Assembly: GCF_006345805.1 (NCBI RefSeq)
Contig: NC_043005.1
Coordinates: 70,680,001-70,744,000 of the forward strand
DNA length: 64,000 nt
DNA from: Octopus sinensis
Lineage: Eukaryota
Direction: 5' to 3'
Shown here piece by piece: positions 39,360 to 54,001 of this stretch. The position numbers were made by a program, and so were the translations under genes. The first letter of the stretch is position 1. Every line of letters begins with the position of its first letter. The notes under the pieces are model-generated. The model was given only the letters and a program-made list of their open reading frames with translations. It was not told where the DNA came from and did not search any database.

Positions 39360-39900
39360 CAGTAGGCTATAGTAGAAGACGCTTGCCCAAGGTACCACGC
39401 ATTGGGACTGAACCTGGAACCATGTGGTTGGTAAGCAAGTTACTTTATTTCATTAATATTTGCCATAAAGGCATTACAAAGAGTAGCTTGCGGGCTAGAC
39501 ATATACATTGATGAGGTGAATGATGAAACAAGGATGATATTGATGAGAGAAAGCAGAAAACGCCTGCCGAATTTCTGCTTCTCTAAAACATTGTTCTTTT
39601 TTTTTCCAACAGAAACAACAGTTTTTACAATTATTGGCCTTAATAGTCCATTACAGATACATACAATAAATTATTCAATATACACACAATCTATAAGATC
39701 AATCTTCCTCATCAGAGCCCCCAAGCAAATGACTCACCACCTGCAGGAAAGCTTGCATCTGCAGGTTGGGGCCTGGAAAGAGGAAAGCAAAATCTTCCTT
39801 ATTACAGGTCACCATGACCTCAAAGAGCTCCTTCTGACTCACGACCTCCACAGCCACCTGTGGTATGCAAGCTACTTACCACACAGCCACTCCTATGCCT
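39360..39900 (-). mobile_element. SINE family B 5' part split by a 415-bp insertion (39446-39860)
   Basis: The SINE head continues across the insert; a 17-bp direct repeat TGGTA(A/T)GCAAG(T/C)TACTT lies at 39429-45 and 39861-77. Confidence 0.7.
39738..39772 (-). other. Candidate 35-nt exon
   Basis: ttttgctttcctctttccag|GCCCCAAC...CAGGTG|gtgagt: strong polypyrimidine tract and consensus donor. Confidence 0.4.
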
Positions 39901-40143
39901 ATATTGTTTAAATAACCACCAAATATAACAGTAGGAGACATCTGGATATACCAATTCCTGACAACTATCATGTGTATATCAATTAATTGATTAATTAATT
40001 ACTATCAATGAGTATGCTAAGCCAACTGCTTATTAAATATACTCGTTTCAGAGTCAAGGACTAAATAAAGAATTCCTAAATAAATTCACGCTCCATGACA
40101 CTATTGAAGGTGGATATTTTCCTGCAACTTGACCTCTTCTTAC

Positions 40144-40206
40144 CTTTGAGAATCAGTTGCAGATCTACAAAAGGTTTCACTAATAACATGTCAAAGCATA
40201 AAATGC
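40144..40206 (-). other. Candidate 63-nt exon
   Basis: gttctttttttccag|GCATTTTATG...CTCAAAG|gtaaga; open in phase 1 (ILCFDMLLVKPFVDLQLILK). Confidence 0.45.
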
Positions 40207-40934
40207 CTGGAAAAAAAGAACCTTTTACAAGCAGCTTTCATAATCATGGATATCAACGCTATTGTGTGGATGCCTGGATGGTGGCAGTTGGATAACTGTA
40301 GAGGATTTCATGGTTGCTAGTGATCAATAATAGAAAAACAAAACTGAGAGAGAGAGAGAAAAGAGGAGTGAAAGAAAGAGAGAGAAAACTGCAAGTATGC
40401 AAAACCTTTGTTATTAGAAATATTTTCATAGCTATGTATATATTTTATGCACTGACACGTATAAACATATGTAAACTTATGTGCAAACCAAAGAAAACGC
40501 ACCCCAAAACACATAAATATATGACGAAAACAATGCTTACAAATACTGGAAAACAAACATTCAAACATTTATGATTTACAGATACATAAACATTTATGAT
40601 ATGTATATACAAAAATTCATCAATAAATATTCCCTTTAGGTACAAACAAATATTAAGCATCCGCCCATTACTTCCATCATTTGAAACAGCCTTATTCTCA
40701 ACTTGATGTGGGAAGATGGATGCCTCTGATTCAAGGATGCTACGGATTTATATTGGTATGACAATAAATGTGTCTCAAGAAATTGCTGTGATGCTGACTT
40801 GGAGGAAATAAATGTGTGTTGTGTACAAGAGTTAAGTTGCAGAGGAGCCTCAGACTCACATCTAACTTACAAGGGTGAGAAGTCCTCTTCATGGATGACT
40901 ATGTCGACTGAGTGTAGTAGCCATATCATTTATT

Positions 40935-41200
40935 TATGTACCCTTTTCATGCCTAACCAGTCTCATGGGCCCGATTCCCTGGTTTCTCTGGCGTATTTGT
41001 CCCCCCCCCCAGCTGGACTGGACACCAGTCCATCGGTGTGTTATTCAAGAAACAGGAAGAAAGAGTGAGAGAAAGTTGGGGTGAAAGAGTACAACAGGGG
41101 TCGCCATGGAAGAACACACACAACGTCTGGTCTGGGAATCGAAATCGCGATCTTCCGACCACGTGTTCGCTGCCCTAATCACTGGGCCATTGCGCCTCCA
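40935..41200 (-). mobile_element. SINE family C
   Basis: Minus head GGAGGCGCAATGGCCCAGTGATTAGGGCAGCGAAC; 3' part matches 31444. Confidence 0.85.
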
Positions 41201-41499
41201 GTAGGCATATTACTGGCAGGGAAATGGATAGATTAACTGACATAGCCAGACTATGTGACAGATTAATTAGGATTAGACTAAGCACAGACTAAGCACATCA
41301 ATAACAATGAACACTGCAAAAGCATCATAATTAGAGCCGAGATGAGTAAAAGAAGACAATTTCAATAACGAATGGCAGCAAGATTGCTATCACAGACAAT
41401 GAACACAACGATGTCTTCTCCAAAGAAGAGGGATTCTATGTATCTGATATAAAGAATGAAACCATCTATTTCAGAGTTCTGTGACACAACTCCTCCTCC

Positions 41500-41536
<37 letters not shown>

Positions 41537-41759
41537 AAATCTGTTTTCCATGCTGGCATGGGTTGGACATTTGCAGCAGTAATTTCGGTCAACCAGCCAC
41601 TTGATCCCAGGTGACACACAAACCACATAGACTTGATGCTCACATGGAAAAAGAGACAGATAACATGCTGTGAGCATTAAGTCATACACCAGTACATAAT
41701 TTATTACTAAATATTGACTCAACATTAGTGGCATCAGAATAACAGCTAGATAGACTCAG

Positions 41760-42170
41760 AGATGCGATACAATCCGGAGGGGGGAAAATATAGTCAAACA
41801 TTATTTAAAGAAATGCTAAATGAAACTTATACGATTAAAGGGGAGGATAAAAAAAATACATGGCATAGAAAACCTCTGCGGGCTTCGACAGAAGAACCTG
41901 CTACAAAACACAAATCAGATTTGTGGCTGGAGCAAATTTCTTGCAAGAGACATGATATACTGGTGCAATGGTACAGTAGGAGCAGCAATATAAAAGCAAG
42001 GAGACTAGTCTGGAAAGAAATGAAGAAAGTTGCAGTAAGAAGAAGCATTATCATGTTGGTGGAAGAGATGCTAAAGATTAGATAAGCATAGCAAAAAGCG
42101 ATACCAGAAGGAAGAGCATTGTTTTCTAAAGTGCTGTTCTAGAACTATCCGGGGAAATACTATTATCGCT
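41760..42170 (+). mobile_element. Highly decayed R4/Dong-like fragment
   Basis: KNTWHRKPL...KSDLWLEQ aligns by eye to KWQEKPLYG...THQWL of the 11435 ORF. Confidence 0.4.
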
Positions 42171-42277
42171 GGTTAAATAAACATAGAACTCTTCGAACTG
42201 AAACTAGTTTGATAAGTGCCAATGCACAAAACCCTCAGCCCATGAGTTACTCTGTTGCTTCTGCTACATGCTAATAA

Positions 42278-42308
<31 letters not shown>

Positions 42309-42382
42309 CTTGTGTTTTGAATTTTATTTTTTCTGTTTGTATCACCAAACCTGTATATATCATCATCATCATCATCATCATC

Positions 42383-42760
42383 ATCGTTTAACGTCTGCTC
42401 TCCATGCTAGCATGGGTTGGACGATTTGACTGAGGGCTGGCAAACCAGATGGCTGCACCAGGCTCCAATCTTGAGCTGGCAGACTTTCTACAGCTGGATG
42501 CCCTTCCTAATGCCAACCACTCCGAGAGTGTAGTGGGTGCTTTTACGTGTCACCGGCACGGGAGCCAGTCTCAGGTGGTATTGGCAACAACTTCACATCT
42601 TTTTACACATACCACCAGCACAGGTGCCAGTAAGGTGATGCTGGTAACAATCACACTCAAATGGTGCATTTTATGTACCACCAGCACTGAAGCCAGTTAG
42701 CCGCTCTGGCAATGATCACACTCGGATGGTGCTCTTAGCACCCTACTAGCACAGGGCACA
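42383..42760 (-). mobile_element. SINE family D
   Basis: CATCGTTTAACGTCTGCTCTCCATGCTAGC...GGATGCCCTTCCTAATGCCAACCACTCC. Confidence 0.85.
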
Positions 42761-43938
42761 ATATATATATATGTGTGTGTGGTGGGGTGTATATATATAT
42801 ATGTATATATTTATATATGCAAAATTAAGAGGAATGACCACTAAAGTGGACATCTAATATGCAAAACACAGACATCAAATTACCATTACCACGAAGAATG
42901 TGTTCTCAAGAAAAATCTCAGCAAAACGCCAAAATGTAAAAGTGAGCAAGACAAATGAAAATATATGAAATAAAATACGATCGCCTACGTACCAATGGTT
43001 TCACTTGTTAATATCTACGTATGAAATCACACAGATATCTGCAAGATCGTCATCGTAGTCTGTCGCTTACAAAACACAGTTTCCAGAAACTAGATACAGA
43101 ATGCTCAACCAAAATCGAGCATGTATAAAGTTCCACAAATTATATTTGGGTGTCTTTTTCAAATGTCTTCACTTTGGCATGCTGAAGTCTCATGACTGGC
43201 ACAAAACTGATTAGATTTTGGATTTGATCCGGTACCAGACAAGGACTCTGGATTATTTTTCCGCTTTTTTATTAATTTATGGGAGCAGTCAGGTTCATTT
43301 TTAGTATTCTCATTTAGGAGAGCAGTCAAGTTTATTTCAGATATTCTCATTTTAAAAATCATCTCAGGCTAATCATTAAGGGGGTGAAGGTTGGTGAAGG
43401 TTTGCAGTCTCTGTATGCTCTTATTTTGAACTGATTTCAAGCATAGTTTGTTAGAAACATTGAATTTTGGTTTCCTCTTGCTGTACAGGATATATTAATC
43501 AACTCTATATTCATTATATTGATTACTATTCAATTTGACATTTCAAATTTTCTTGGCCACTACACATACATATATATATATGCATGTATAAGTATGTGTA
43601 TGTATGTAAATTTATACATATTTAAATATATATTTATAAAGTTATATTTATATAAAGATATACATATAGCATTATAAATATTTATATATATAAAGATATA
43701 CATATAACGTTATAAATATTTATATGAATGTTAAGTAATCTTATTAATTTCAAGCTAGTTTAAGAATAACAACAAAATATTTACAAGTGGAAGAACTCAA
43801 TACTAAAAGGAGAGTCAAACTTTTTGTAAAAAGCATGTTAAACAAGAGATAGCCAAATTAGTTGTATTAGTCAAGATAGAAACACTTAACTAAACATAAG
43901 CACAGTTGCTTCTTTGTGGGCGACTGATGCATACTCAC

Positions 43939-44084
43939 TTGTGTGTTATGTCTTGATGATACCATTCATAGCCAAGTGATTTATTTTCACATGCACACAG
44001 TCTATAAGGAGAGGCTTCTTCTCGAGACAGTTTCTGCAGTGATGATCATTCCAGGTCCAAATGCACATGAATATGTAAACATAA
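43939..44084 (-). other. Candidate exon, probably non-coding
   Basis: gtttctgtatacag|TTATG...ACACAA|gtgagt; all three frames contain a stop unless an internal acceptor is used. Confidence 0.3.
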
Positions 44085-44189
44085 CTGTATACAGAAACAT
44101 TTCAATCAATAATGTTTTGTTTATCTCTAGTTAATTAATTTCGACTAGACTAAGCTTTGTGCACATCATCAAAGGTTCTATTTTCTTTT

Positions 44190-44515
44190 GGCACAGTGGT
44201 TAGAGCACCGGGCTCATAATCATTAGGTAGTGAGATCAATTCCCAGACCAGGCTGTGTGTTATGTTCTTCAGCAAGATACTTTATTTCATGTTGCTCCAG
44301 TTCACTCAGCTGTAGAAATAGACTGTGATGTCACTGGTGCCAAGCTGTATCAGCCTTTGCCTTTCCCTTGAATAATATTAGTGGCATGGAGAGGCTGGTA
44401 TGTATGGGTGGTTGCTGGTCTTCCATAAACAACCTTGCCTGGACTTGTGCCTTGGAGAGGAACTTTCTTAGTTCAATCCCATGATCATTCATAACCATTG
44501 GAGGTCTTTAATCAT
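44190..44515 (+). mobile_element. SINE family C, third subfamily
   Basis: GGCACAGTGGTTAGAGCACCGGGCTC head; GTCACTGGTGCCAAGCTGTATC body shared with 55265-55560. Confidence 0.82.
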
Positions 44516-44530
44516 GTTTATTATTATATA

Positions 44531-45905
<1,375 letters not shown>

Positions 45906-46019
45906 ATACACACAAACACACACACATATATATAGAGAGAGAGACATATGTATATATATATGTATATAAATACATACACAAACACACATATTTATACTTG
46001 CATACTTACATATGTATAT

Positions 46020-46056
<37 letters not shown>

Positions 46057-46439
46057 ATATGAATATATTAAAAATAAAACTAGTGCTAAATGAATAAAGG
46101 TCAGCGATTGATCATGTGTAAAAATGGACTTGTAGGGTATTAAAACTATCAAATTATCTATGTTAAATTGAAAGCGAAGAAGAATATAAAATTCATACAT
46201 TTAAAAGGAATTGTTTCCTAAATTTAGAACATATGTACTTTTCTAAACAGACACCCCACACACGCACACACACATATATTTATTTGTATATTTCTTAGTG
46301 AGAGCAAGATTGTAACTTTCTGGTTCAGCGGTTTTATAAACTATTTTTAAAGAATTAGACTTCAAACGCACTATTGAATACTGTCAAACAATAAAGTTTC
46401 CCAAACAACACATTAGTCACAGGCCAGGCTGTGTTAAAG

Positions 46440-46775
46440 AAAGCTTGCATCCTTTTACATTGTTTTGGGTTCAGTCCCACTGTGTGGCATCTTGCTACAG
46501 GCTGGCCAAAGCTTTGTGAGTAGATTTGGTTGATGGAAACTGAAAGAAGCCCATTGTATATTTATATACATAAATATATGTGTGTGTGAATGTGTGTGTT
46601 TGTCTCCCCATCATCCCTTGACAACCAGGGTTGGTGTGTTTGCATCCCATAACCTTCTGGTTCAGCAAACAAGATCGATAGAATAAGTACCAGGGTCAAT
46701 TTATTCACTTAAAATTCAAAGCAGTGCCCCAGCATGGTTACAGTCTGATGACTGAAACAAGTAGAGGATAAAAGA
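46440..46775 (+). mobile_element. SINE family B, internally deleted
   Basis: GGGTTCAGTCCCACTGTGTGGCATCTTG...GACTGAAACAAGTAG. Confidence 0.8.
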
Positions 46776-46987
46776 AGTTAAAATGTGAACCTAGAGAATT
46801 CATCACACTACCCATAATGAAAGCCAATGGGAAAATGTTGTTAATAATAGCTCTAACGACCCAAAGAGAATTATAAATGACCTCATCTACAACATATTAT
46901 TGCGGATCTCTCAGGTAATTTCCTATGAAATTATCTTCAAGAAATCTGCATGTTATTATAGTGAATTGAAAGAAGCATATGGTTAAA

Positions 46988-47125
46988 AGAAGCAATTTAC
47001 AGAATAAATCAGATACAAGGACACAGTAAAAACCCCCAAAATTTAACATAAATACAGGTGAAGTACAGAATAAATCAGGTACAACAAGAATGCAAAAAAA
47101 TCCAAAATTTAACACAGATATAGGA
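46988..47125. repeat. ~66-bp imperfect tandem duplication
   Basis: TACAGAATAAATCAG...CCAAAATTTAACA occurs twice. Confidence 0.75.
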
Positions 47126-47677
47126 CAAGTAACACAATTTGGTATAATCTAATATGTAAAGTAAAAATATGTATAGTTGAAACATTCTTTCAAATTTTTC
47201 AAAAGTATTTTCAACAAAATCTCCAATACAACAAAGTGTTAAGTAAAACCAACATAAAAATCTTTAAAATTTCTTTCTCTACAACCTATAATTTTTGTCA
47301 TAAATAACAGCCAATTCTGACCAAATATACCTAAACACCAAACCAGAATGCTATGATACAATTAACCATGATTCTAAAATATAATCATGCATTCCATCTA
47401 CAAGAAAAATATCTTACTGAGACAGTTGTTTATAACACTAAAAATCATACTAGCTCAGCATTTCTGACCAACAGTTATCTGTCACTCCCCCCATCTTACC
47501 ATCATCATCTTATTCTAAGATTATCATATTATTGGATTAACTGCAAGTTCATTTAAAAGTAGATTTAACTTATACACATTCTCTTGGTATCCCAAATAAG
47601 AAAATCAATATTTTCTTATCTGCCATATATTTGTCTGTATATATACATATCCATATATATGTGTGTGTGTATGTGTG

Positions 47678-47722
<45 letters not shown>

Positions 47723-47770
47723 ATAGATAGATAGATCTAAATATATTTTGATATATCTATATATATATAC

Positions 47771-47826
<56 letters not shown>

Positions 47827-48101
47827 ACACGCACTCACAACACACACACATGCACACACATACACAAGTTAACACATAAATGATGCAAAACAAAGTGGGA
47901 AAAATAGTACTCGGCTAATGAAGGTAGAGTGAAATACTCTATTTAAAACTGCAAAATCTTCATGAACTCTCACTCACAGTTTCATGTTCCTGTTCCTCAG
48001 GCAGTTGCAATCGTACTCTGATCCCAACAGTCTGACAAATGGGAATGTGAAACCTTGCATGGAAGTTTGTGAAGATGTTGCAGCTTTGATAAAAGCATAT
48101 A

Positions 48102-49760
48102 CAGAGTGCAATGGGTAAATTGTTGCCATTTTATATTTTTAATTTCCAGCCTGCACATTGATTTTTTTTAGTTTGTTGACTACACAATTTAGAAGAGTCT
48201 GTCGGGCACCCTCTGTGAGAAAAACAGCACCATGATGCAATTCACTCTGCCAGAAATTTGGAAATGATATGCTGTACTGCTTGGCAATCATACTGAAATC
48301 TCCAATATGATTATTTCAGAGTGTTTGAGTGTCAATATGAGGACAATGCAGTGGATTCGGGGCTAATGGTGATTATGAAGATACAGTATCTCGGAAAACT
48401 CACTCTGATCATTCTGATGAGAAAAGAACTCCTGAATTTGTTGGGGAGATGCAGGCCATGATTGACAACGATTCCTCCAAGTCAATCAGGTCCATCACCA
48501 GGGACATGGGATTGTCTGAGTTTCTTATCTGGCAGGTAGTGCATGAAGACATTCGGTATTCCTCATACAAGATGAGAAAGAGCTAATTTTTATCCCAAAC
48601 TATCATGACAAGAGGAAAGACCAACCTACGAAGCTTTTGAACAAACTCAAGCATCCCCTCCAAACAAACATGCTTTTGCTTTTCTCAGATGAGAAAAACT
48701 TCTACCAGGATCAGATGGTGAACAAGCAGAGCAACCATTAGCTTGCTGCATCCCCAAAACATGTACCGAGTGGATAAAAATTAAACGTCCAGTCAACATC
48801 GTGGTATTTGGGGTGATCACTTGTGATGGTTACATTATACCTCCATTCATCTTCCTACACACCTCAGACTCAACATCAAGTGCCTGGTGGAGTTAGTACT
48901 GTCCTGGGTCAAGAGGGTGGCTGGTGGAAGACCCCATGTCTGGCAACAGGACTTTGCACCATGCCTCGAAATCAGGTAAATCCAATCATAGCTGTCAAAC
49001 AATTTCTGTGACCACATCACCTTTAACATCGGGCCACCTAACTCCTCACACTGCAAACCCCTTGATTATTATGTGTGGGATGCAGCTGAGCAAGAGACCA
49101 ATAAAACTTCTTGTGACACCAACCAAAGATGAACTGAAAGCAAGAATTATGGCAACATTTGCCAACTTAAGGAGATCGTCCAGAAGAGTTGCAGATTCCA
49201 AAGTTGCCTGGTTGAAGCCAATTTTATTGAATAAATTTACTTCCTTTTATTCTTTTACTTGTTTCAGTCATTTGACTACGGCCATGGTGGAGCACCACCT
49301 TTAGTTGAATCAAATCGACCCCAGGACTTATTCTTTGTAAGCCTAGTACTTATTCTACTGGTCTCTTTTACTGAACCGCTAAGTTACGGGGAGCTAAACA
49401 CACCAGCATTGGTTGTCAAGCGATGTTGGGGCGACAAACACAGATACACAACATATACACACACATATATATGCGACAAGCTTCTTTCAGTTTCCGTCCA
49501 CCAAATCCACTCACAAGGCTTTGGTCAGCCCAAGGCTACAGTAGAAGACACTTGCTCAAGGTGCCATGCAGTGGGCTGAACCTGAAACCATGTGGTTGGT
49601 AAGCAAGCTATTTACACACAGCCACTCTTGTGCCTATTACTCTTTACTGTTTCAAAATATTTTTATGTAATTTTGGTAAATATATCTGTTAAAATGAGAT
49701 GTTAGTATTATTTTAATTTTTGTATAATTTAGACGACAATTTATTCACCATACCCTGTAT
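48102..49760 (+). mobile_element. DD37D/maT-like Tc1-mariner element, near full length, decayed, with a SINE insertion
   Basis: TA-CAGAGTG...TAAATTG left end and ...ACCCTG-TA right end; frames read FSDEKNF, PVNIVVFGVITCDG, RVAGGRPHVWQQDFAPC and PPNSSHCKPLDYYVW. Confidence 0.88.
49241..49635 (-). mobile_element. SINE family B, full length, inserted in the maT-like element
   Basis: The transposon 3' region resumes after the SINE; short TTACT duplication at the junctions. Confidence 0.9.
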
Positions 49761-49934
49761 ATACATGAATATAGGCGAGTATAAATGTACATGTTTATAT
49801 GTAATGTAGTCTAAACATCATGCATTGGATGTAACTGAGTATGATTATAATACAATCAAGTTTGTTCTTTTCCAGTCTTCACTGAAAAACAGGTTTGGTC
49901 ACAGAAGAATATTACATTTCTTGCTATCGAGCCA

Positions 49935-50035
49935 GGATTGGTGACAGGTAAAGCATCCAACTGTAAAAAAATCTGTCTCAACAAATTCCATCTGACCCAC
50001 ACAAGCATGACAAAAATGGACATGAAATGATGACG
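49935..50035 (+). mobile_element. Short family D-type 3' end
   Basis: AAAGCATCCAACTGTAAAAA...GCATGACAAAATGGACATGAAATGATGACGATG. Confidence 0.6.
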
Positions 50036-50204
50036 ATGATGTTGATGATGATAATGATGATGATGAGAATGATGACAATATTGATGATGATGACAACAAC
50101 GATAACGACGACGACGATGATTATGATGATATACATGCTTTCAAATTTACACAAATGTAAATATTTCCGCACATCTTTTTAAATAATTTTATCAAAATTC
50201 TTTT

Positions 50205-50585
50205 CTACTCTAGGCACAGGGCCCAAAATTCTGGGGGAGGGGGTCAGTCGATTACATCGATCCCAGTACGCAACTGGTACTTAATTTATCGATTCCAAAA
50301 GGATGAAAGGCAAAATAAACCTCAACAGAATTTGAACTCAGAACGTAAGGGCAGACAAAATACCTATTTCTTTACTACCCACAAGGGGCTAAACACAGAG
50401 AGGACAAACAAGGGCAGACAAATGGATTAAGTCCATTATATCGACCCCAGTGCATAACTGGTACTTATTTAATCGACTCTGAAAGGATGAAAGGCAAAGT
50501 CGACCTCAGTGGAATTTGAACTCACAACGTAACGGCAGACGAAATACAGATACGCATTTCGCCCGGCATGCTAACGTTTCTGCCC
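50205..50585 (-). mobile_element. SINE family A, composite of two units
   Basis: Same architecture and junction (AAAGAAATAGGTATTTTGTC) as 3535-3935. Confidence 0.88.
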
Positions 50586-51212
50586 ACCTATCACCTTTAA
50601 ATAATTTACATAATCTTATTTAAATTACCAAAATACAACCTTGTGTATTTTATTTTTTTTATTTCTTTCCCTTTTTCTATATTTATACAAATTTTACCAT
50701 CACATACTCATTCACATTAAATTAAAGTTTATAAAGCACTTAGCTGAACAAGTTTACATGTATGTTATTAAAATGAAAGTTCCTTCAGAGATTACGTGCT
50801 TTAATATTTTTTATGATATTGCAATTGAGTCTTAATATAATTTTATACTATTCACCTGCCTTTACTAACAGGTTTATACCTGAGATCAGGCATTAGTGCA
50901 TTATAATATGTTTAATAAAATTTCTTAAAATTTAACCTGAACTTAATTTAATTTCTCTACAATATTTAAGTGGGTTCCATAAGTTCAATATAGAAAAAAA
51001 AATGACTTAAAACACACTTGATATACACACACAAACACATAAATATGCAAAGGAACATATGTTAGAATTTATACTGGTGATTAAATTTTGTTAAACATGC
51101 AGTACATAATAGATTGTGACATATTCTAAGAGAATATATAGCTTAAACATAACTTTTTTTTCTTGTTAGAAAGATATATACTAAAATTTAGTTTTGTTAA
51201 GGCTTTTAACGT

Positions 51213-51247
<35 letters not shown>

Positions 51248-51454
51248 ACGACATACATTCAACTGAGTTGACTCACACAAACGTATGATATAAGCAAAAA
51301 CAACACCACACTCTTAAAAATACACAAATATATGTGTGTGTGTGTGTATATATATATCTTAGATCTTTTATCTTTTCACTTCTACTTAGACTTTTACATA
51401 GACTGCAGGCACACTGGAAGACTGCCTTGGAGAACTTTTTTTAGTTGAATAAAT

Positions 51455-52170
51455 TAACCACAGTGCATATTTATTTTTTAAATACGATACTTATTCTATT
51501 GGTCTCGTTTGATGAACTGCTAAATTATCGGAGCATAAACACACCAACAATGGTCATCCAGCAATGGTGGGAAACAAAGACAGACATATATATGCATATA
51601 TACCACAGGCTTCTTTCAGTTTCCATCTACCAAATCCATTCACTAGGGTTTGGTTACCTGAGGCTATAATAAAAGACACTTGCTCAAAGTACTACGCAGT
51701 GGGACTGAACCCAGAACTATGTGGTTGGGAAACAAGCTACTTACTACACAGCCACATGTGGATCAGGAGTGGCTGTGTGGTAAGTAGTTTGTTTACCAAC
51801 CACATGGTTCCAGGTTCAGTCCCACTGCATGGTACCTTGGGCAAGTGTCTTCTACTGTAGCCTTGGGCTGACCAAAAACTTTTTACTGGATTTGATACAT
51901 GGAGACTGAAAGAAGCCTGTCATATATGTGTGTGTGTTTATGTGTGTGCGTGCATGTTTGTGTGTCTGTGTTTGTCCTTCCACCATCACTTGACAACTGA
52001 TGCTGATGTGTTTACATCCCCATAACTTAGTAGTTCAGCAAAAGCGACCGATAAACTAAGTACTAGGCTTACAAGGAATAAGTCTTGAGGTCAATTCTTT
52101 CGACTAAAGGTAGTGCTCCAGCATGGTCACAGTCAAATGACTGAAACAAATAAAAGTGTAAAAAGAGTAT
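51455..52170. mobile_element. Head-to-head pair of family B SINEs (minus 51455-51757, plus 51765-52170)
   Basis: Junction CACAGCCACATGTGGATCAGGAGTGGCTGTG; the arms are mutually complementary. Confidence 0.88.
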
Positions 52171-52831
52171 TGTTTTGTTCTCATTGTCTTCCATACTTTC
52201 TATGAATGCTTTGAAATATTTACTTATACCTTCAAATTTCTAATCTTTTTAAATTTAATATTGCTCATATTTTATTGTTGATATCAATCCCTATATTTCA
52301 TAAATATTATCACAAAATACTTTTATTTAGTTTTAGTTTCTTGTTGTTATTATTTTTGTTATATTTTTCTCTATGTTTATTATCTTTTACTTTTGTAGAT
52401 TTTTGATAATAAATATAACTCTTTTCTTTTATGCTTCCAATAATATCTGTTAGTTACATTTTAATTATATTACTAAAATTCCCTATATACATATGTTAGA
52501 AAATATTCTTATTAATTTATATCAATTTCATTATTATATTTGTTCATAATTTTGTCTTAATGTTTCTATAACATTACGTCGAGTTGAGAATTTAGTATTT
52601 AACAAAAACTTTGTTTCACCTGACAATATAGCTTAAATTCTGCATTATTTTGAAGGACTTTTTTTCATTTTGCTTTAATGCAGACATGTAAGTAATGTAT
52701 TCATTATCAAATATAAAAATATAAATTATTTACATGTTTTTAAGTTACAAAACAATTAGTGATATTAGAATTGTCTTATTGTTAAATAAAATTTTATCAA
52801 ACTATTTCTCTATCATTTATTACTTTACATA

Positions 52832-52888
<57 letters not shown>

Positions 52889-52893
<5 letters not shown>

Positions 52894-53492
52894 TGCAGGA
52901 AGTAAATAGACACCTTTAATTTTCAGAATCTTTTATTTGATATTAACTTGTTGGAGGAGAGGTTTTCTTCTAGCTGCTCGTCCGTAATACACAATCTTAA
53001 TAATACCCAATCTTAATACCATATCTTATGCAGATATATAACACATGTTCTTGGACTAAGTTCTAGCTGCTTTGCAATGTCAGAAGCCTTCCAACATGGT
53101 TCATTTTCCACAATTCTCTTCAAACAGCAAAGCTTCCTTTCTGAGGGCCCAGGTCGGCTGGGACAAGAATCTGTTGATTCTTTTCCTTGGTTTTTGAATT
53201 ACACTATAATTCTATTAACAGTAGCAAAAAGAAATTGAAGATTTTTGGCAATTTTTCACTGGCTAAGACCAGCCTCATATTGCCCAACAATACAACCTCT
53301 TTGAAAATCTGACAGTTCTGCTGAACTTTTTGTGCATGGTATGGTTACTCTTTGCAAATGTTTAATATAATGGCACCTTGAAGGAAAAAGAATAATTACA
53401 TTGAAAATTATATGCCGCTAAAAACATATTAAGATGCTTAGATCAGAAATTTTGAAAATTAAAGGTGTCTATTTACTTCCTGCATGTCTGAG
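52889..53492 (-). mobile_element. Internally deleted Tc1 element with a perfect 37-bp TIR match
   Basis: AGACATGCAGGAAGTAAATAGACACCTTTAATTTTCA at 52889-925 and its reverse complement at 53453-489; minus frame reads ELSDFQRGCIVGQYEAG...YYGRAARRKPLL. Confidence 0.9.
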
Positions 53493-53686
53493 TATATATA
53501 CATAATTATTTAAAACACCAATCTGGTAGTATACAGGTTAAAGTGCTTTTACAGTCTATGGCTACATGATGTAATCATCAGTATGGATATAAACCCATTG
53601 GATCTATCTTAGAAATTCCTCAGGTGACAAATGAGAGAAAGTGGAAATGGAATTCATGAGACTTTTTATAAATCACAACAATCATC

Positions 53687-54001
53687 TCAACCCATCTTGT
53701 GTTGGTCCTCATAGGTGGGTTACTGTACAACTAGTTATGATACATCCTCTGGTAAAGTATGTATCTCGTTAAGTGACTTATCAAAAGGTACCTTGCTCAA
53801 TAAACTTGGTTTCGCTTGGTTCATTTATAATGCATGTCACTATTTGCCTGCAACTGGTTGCACACAGATGTGGCTTGGATTGACATGGAATGGATATAGG
53901 TACTTCATCAGTTACCTGAAGAGACACATCTGCTCTGAAGGATGCAGCACCACTAGTTGTACAGTATCTCACCCACAAGGGACCAATGAAAGGTGGGTTG
54001 A
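53687..54001. mobile_element. Old MITE-like element with ~50-bp degenerate TIRs
   Basis: TCAACCCATC...TACTGTACAACTAGT (53687-735) vs ACTAGTTGTACAGTA...GGTGGGTTGA (53952-54001). Confidence 0.6.

Noticed and set aside
48001-48114. Plus-strand 114-nt open exon candidate (QLQSYSDPNSLTNGNVKPC...)
   Set aside because: The donor lies in the maT-like TIR and the body is one arm of a degenerate inverted repeat (about 47945-47992 vs 48041-48092), so it is TE-derived.
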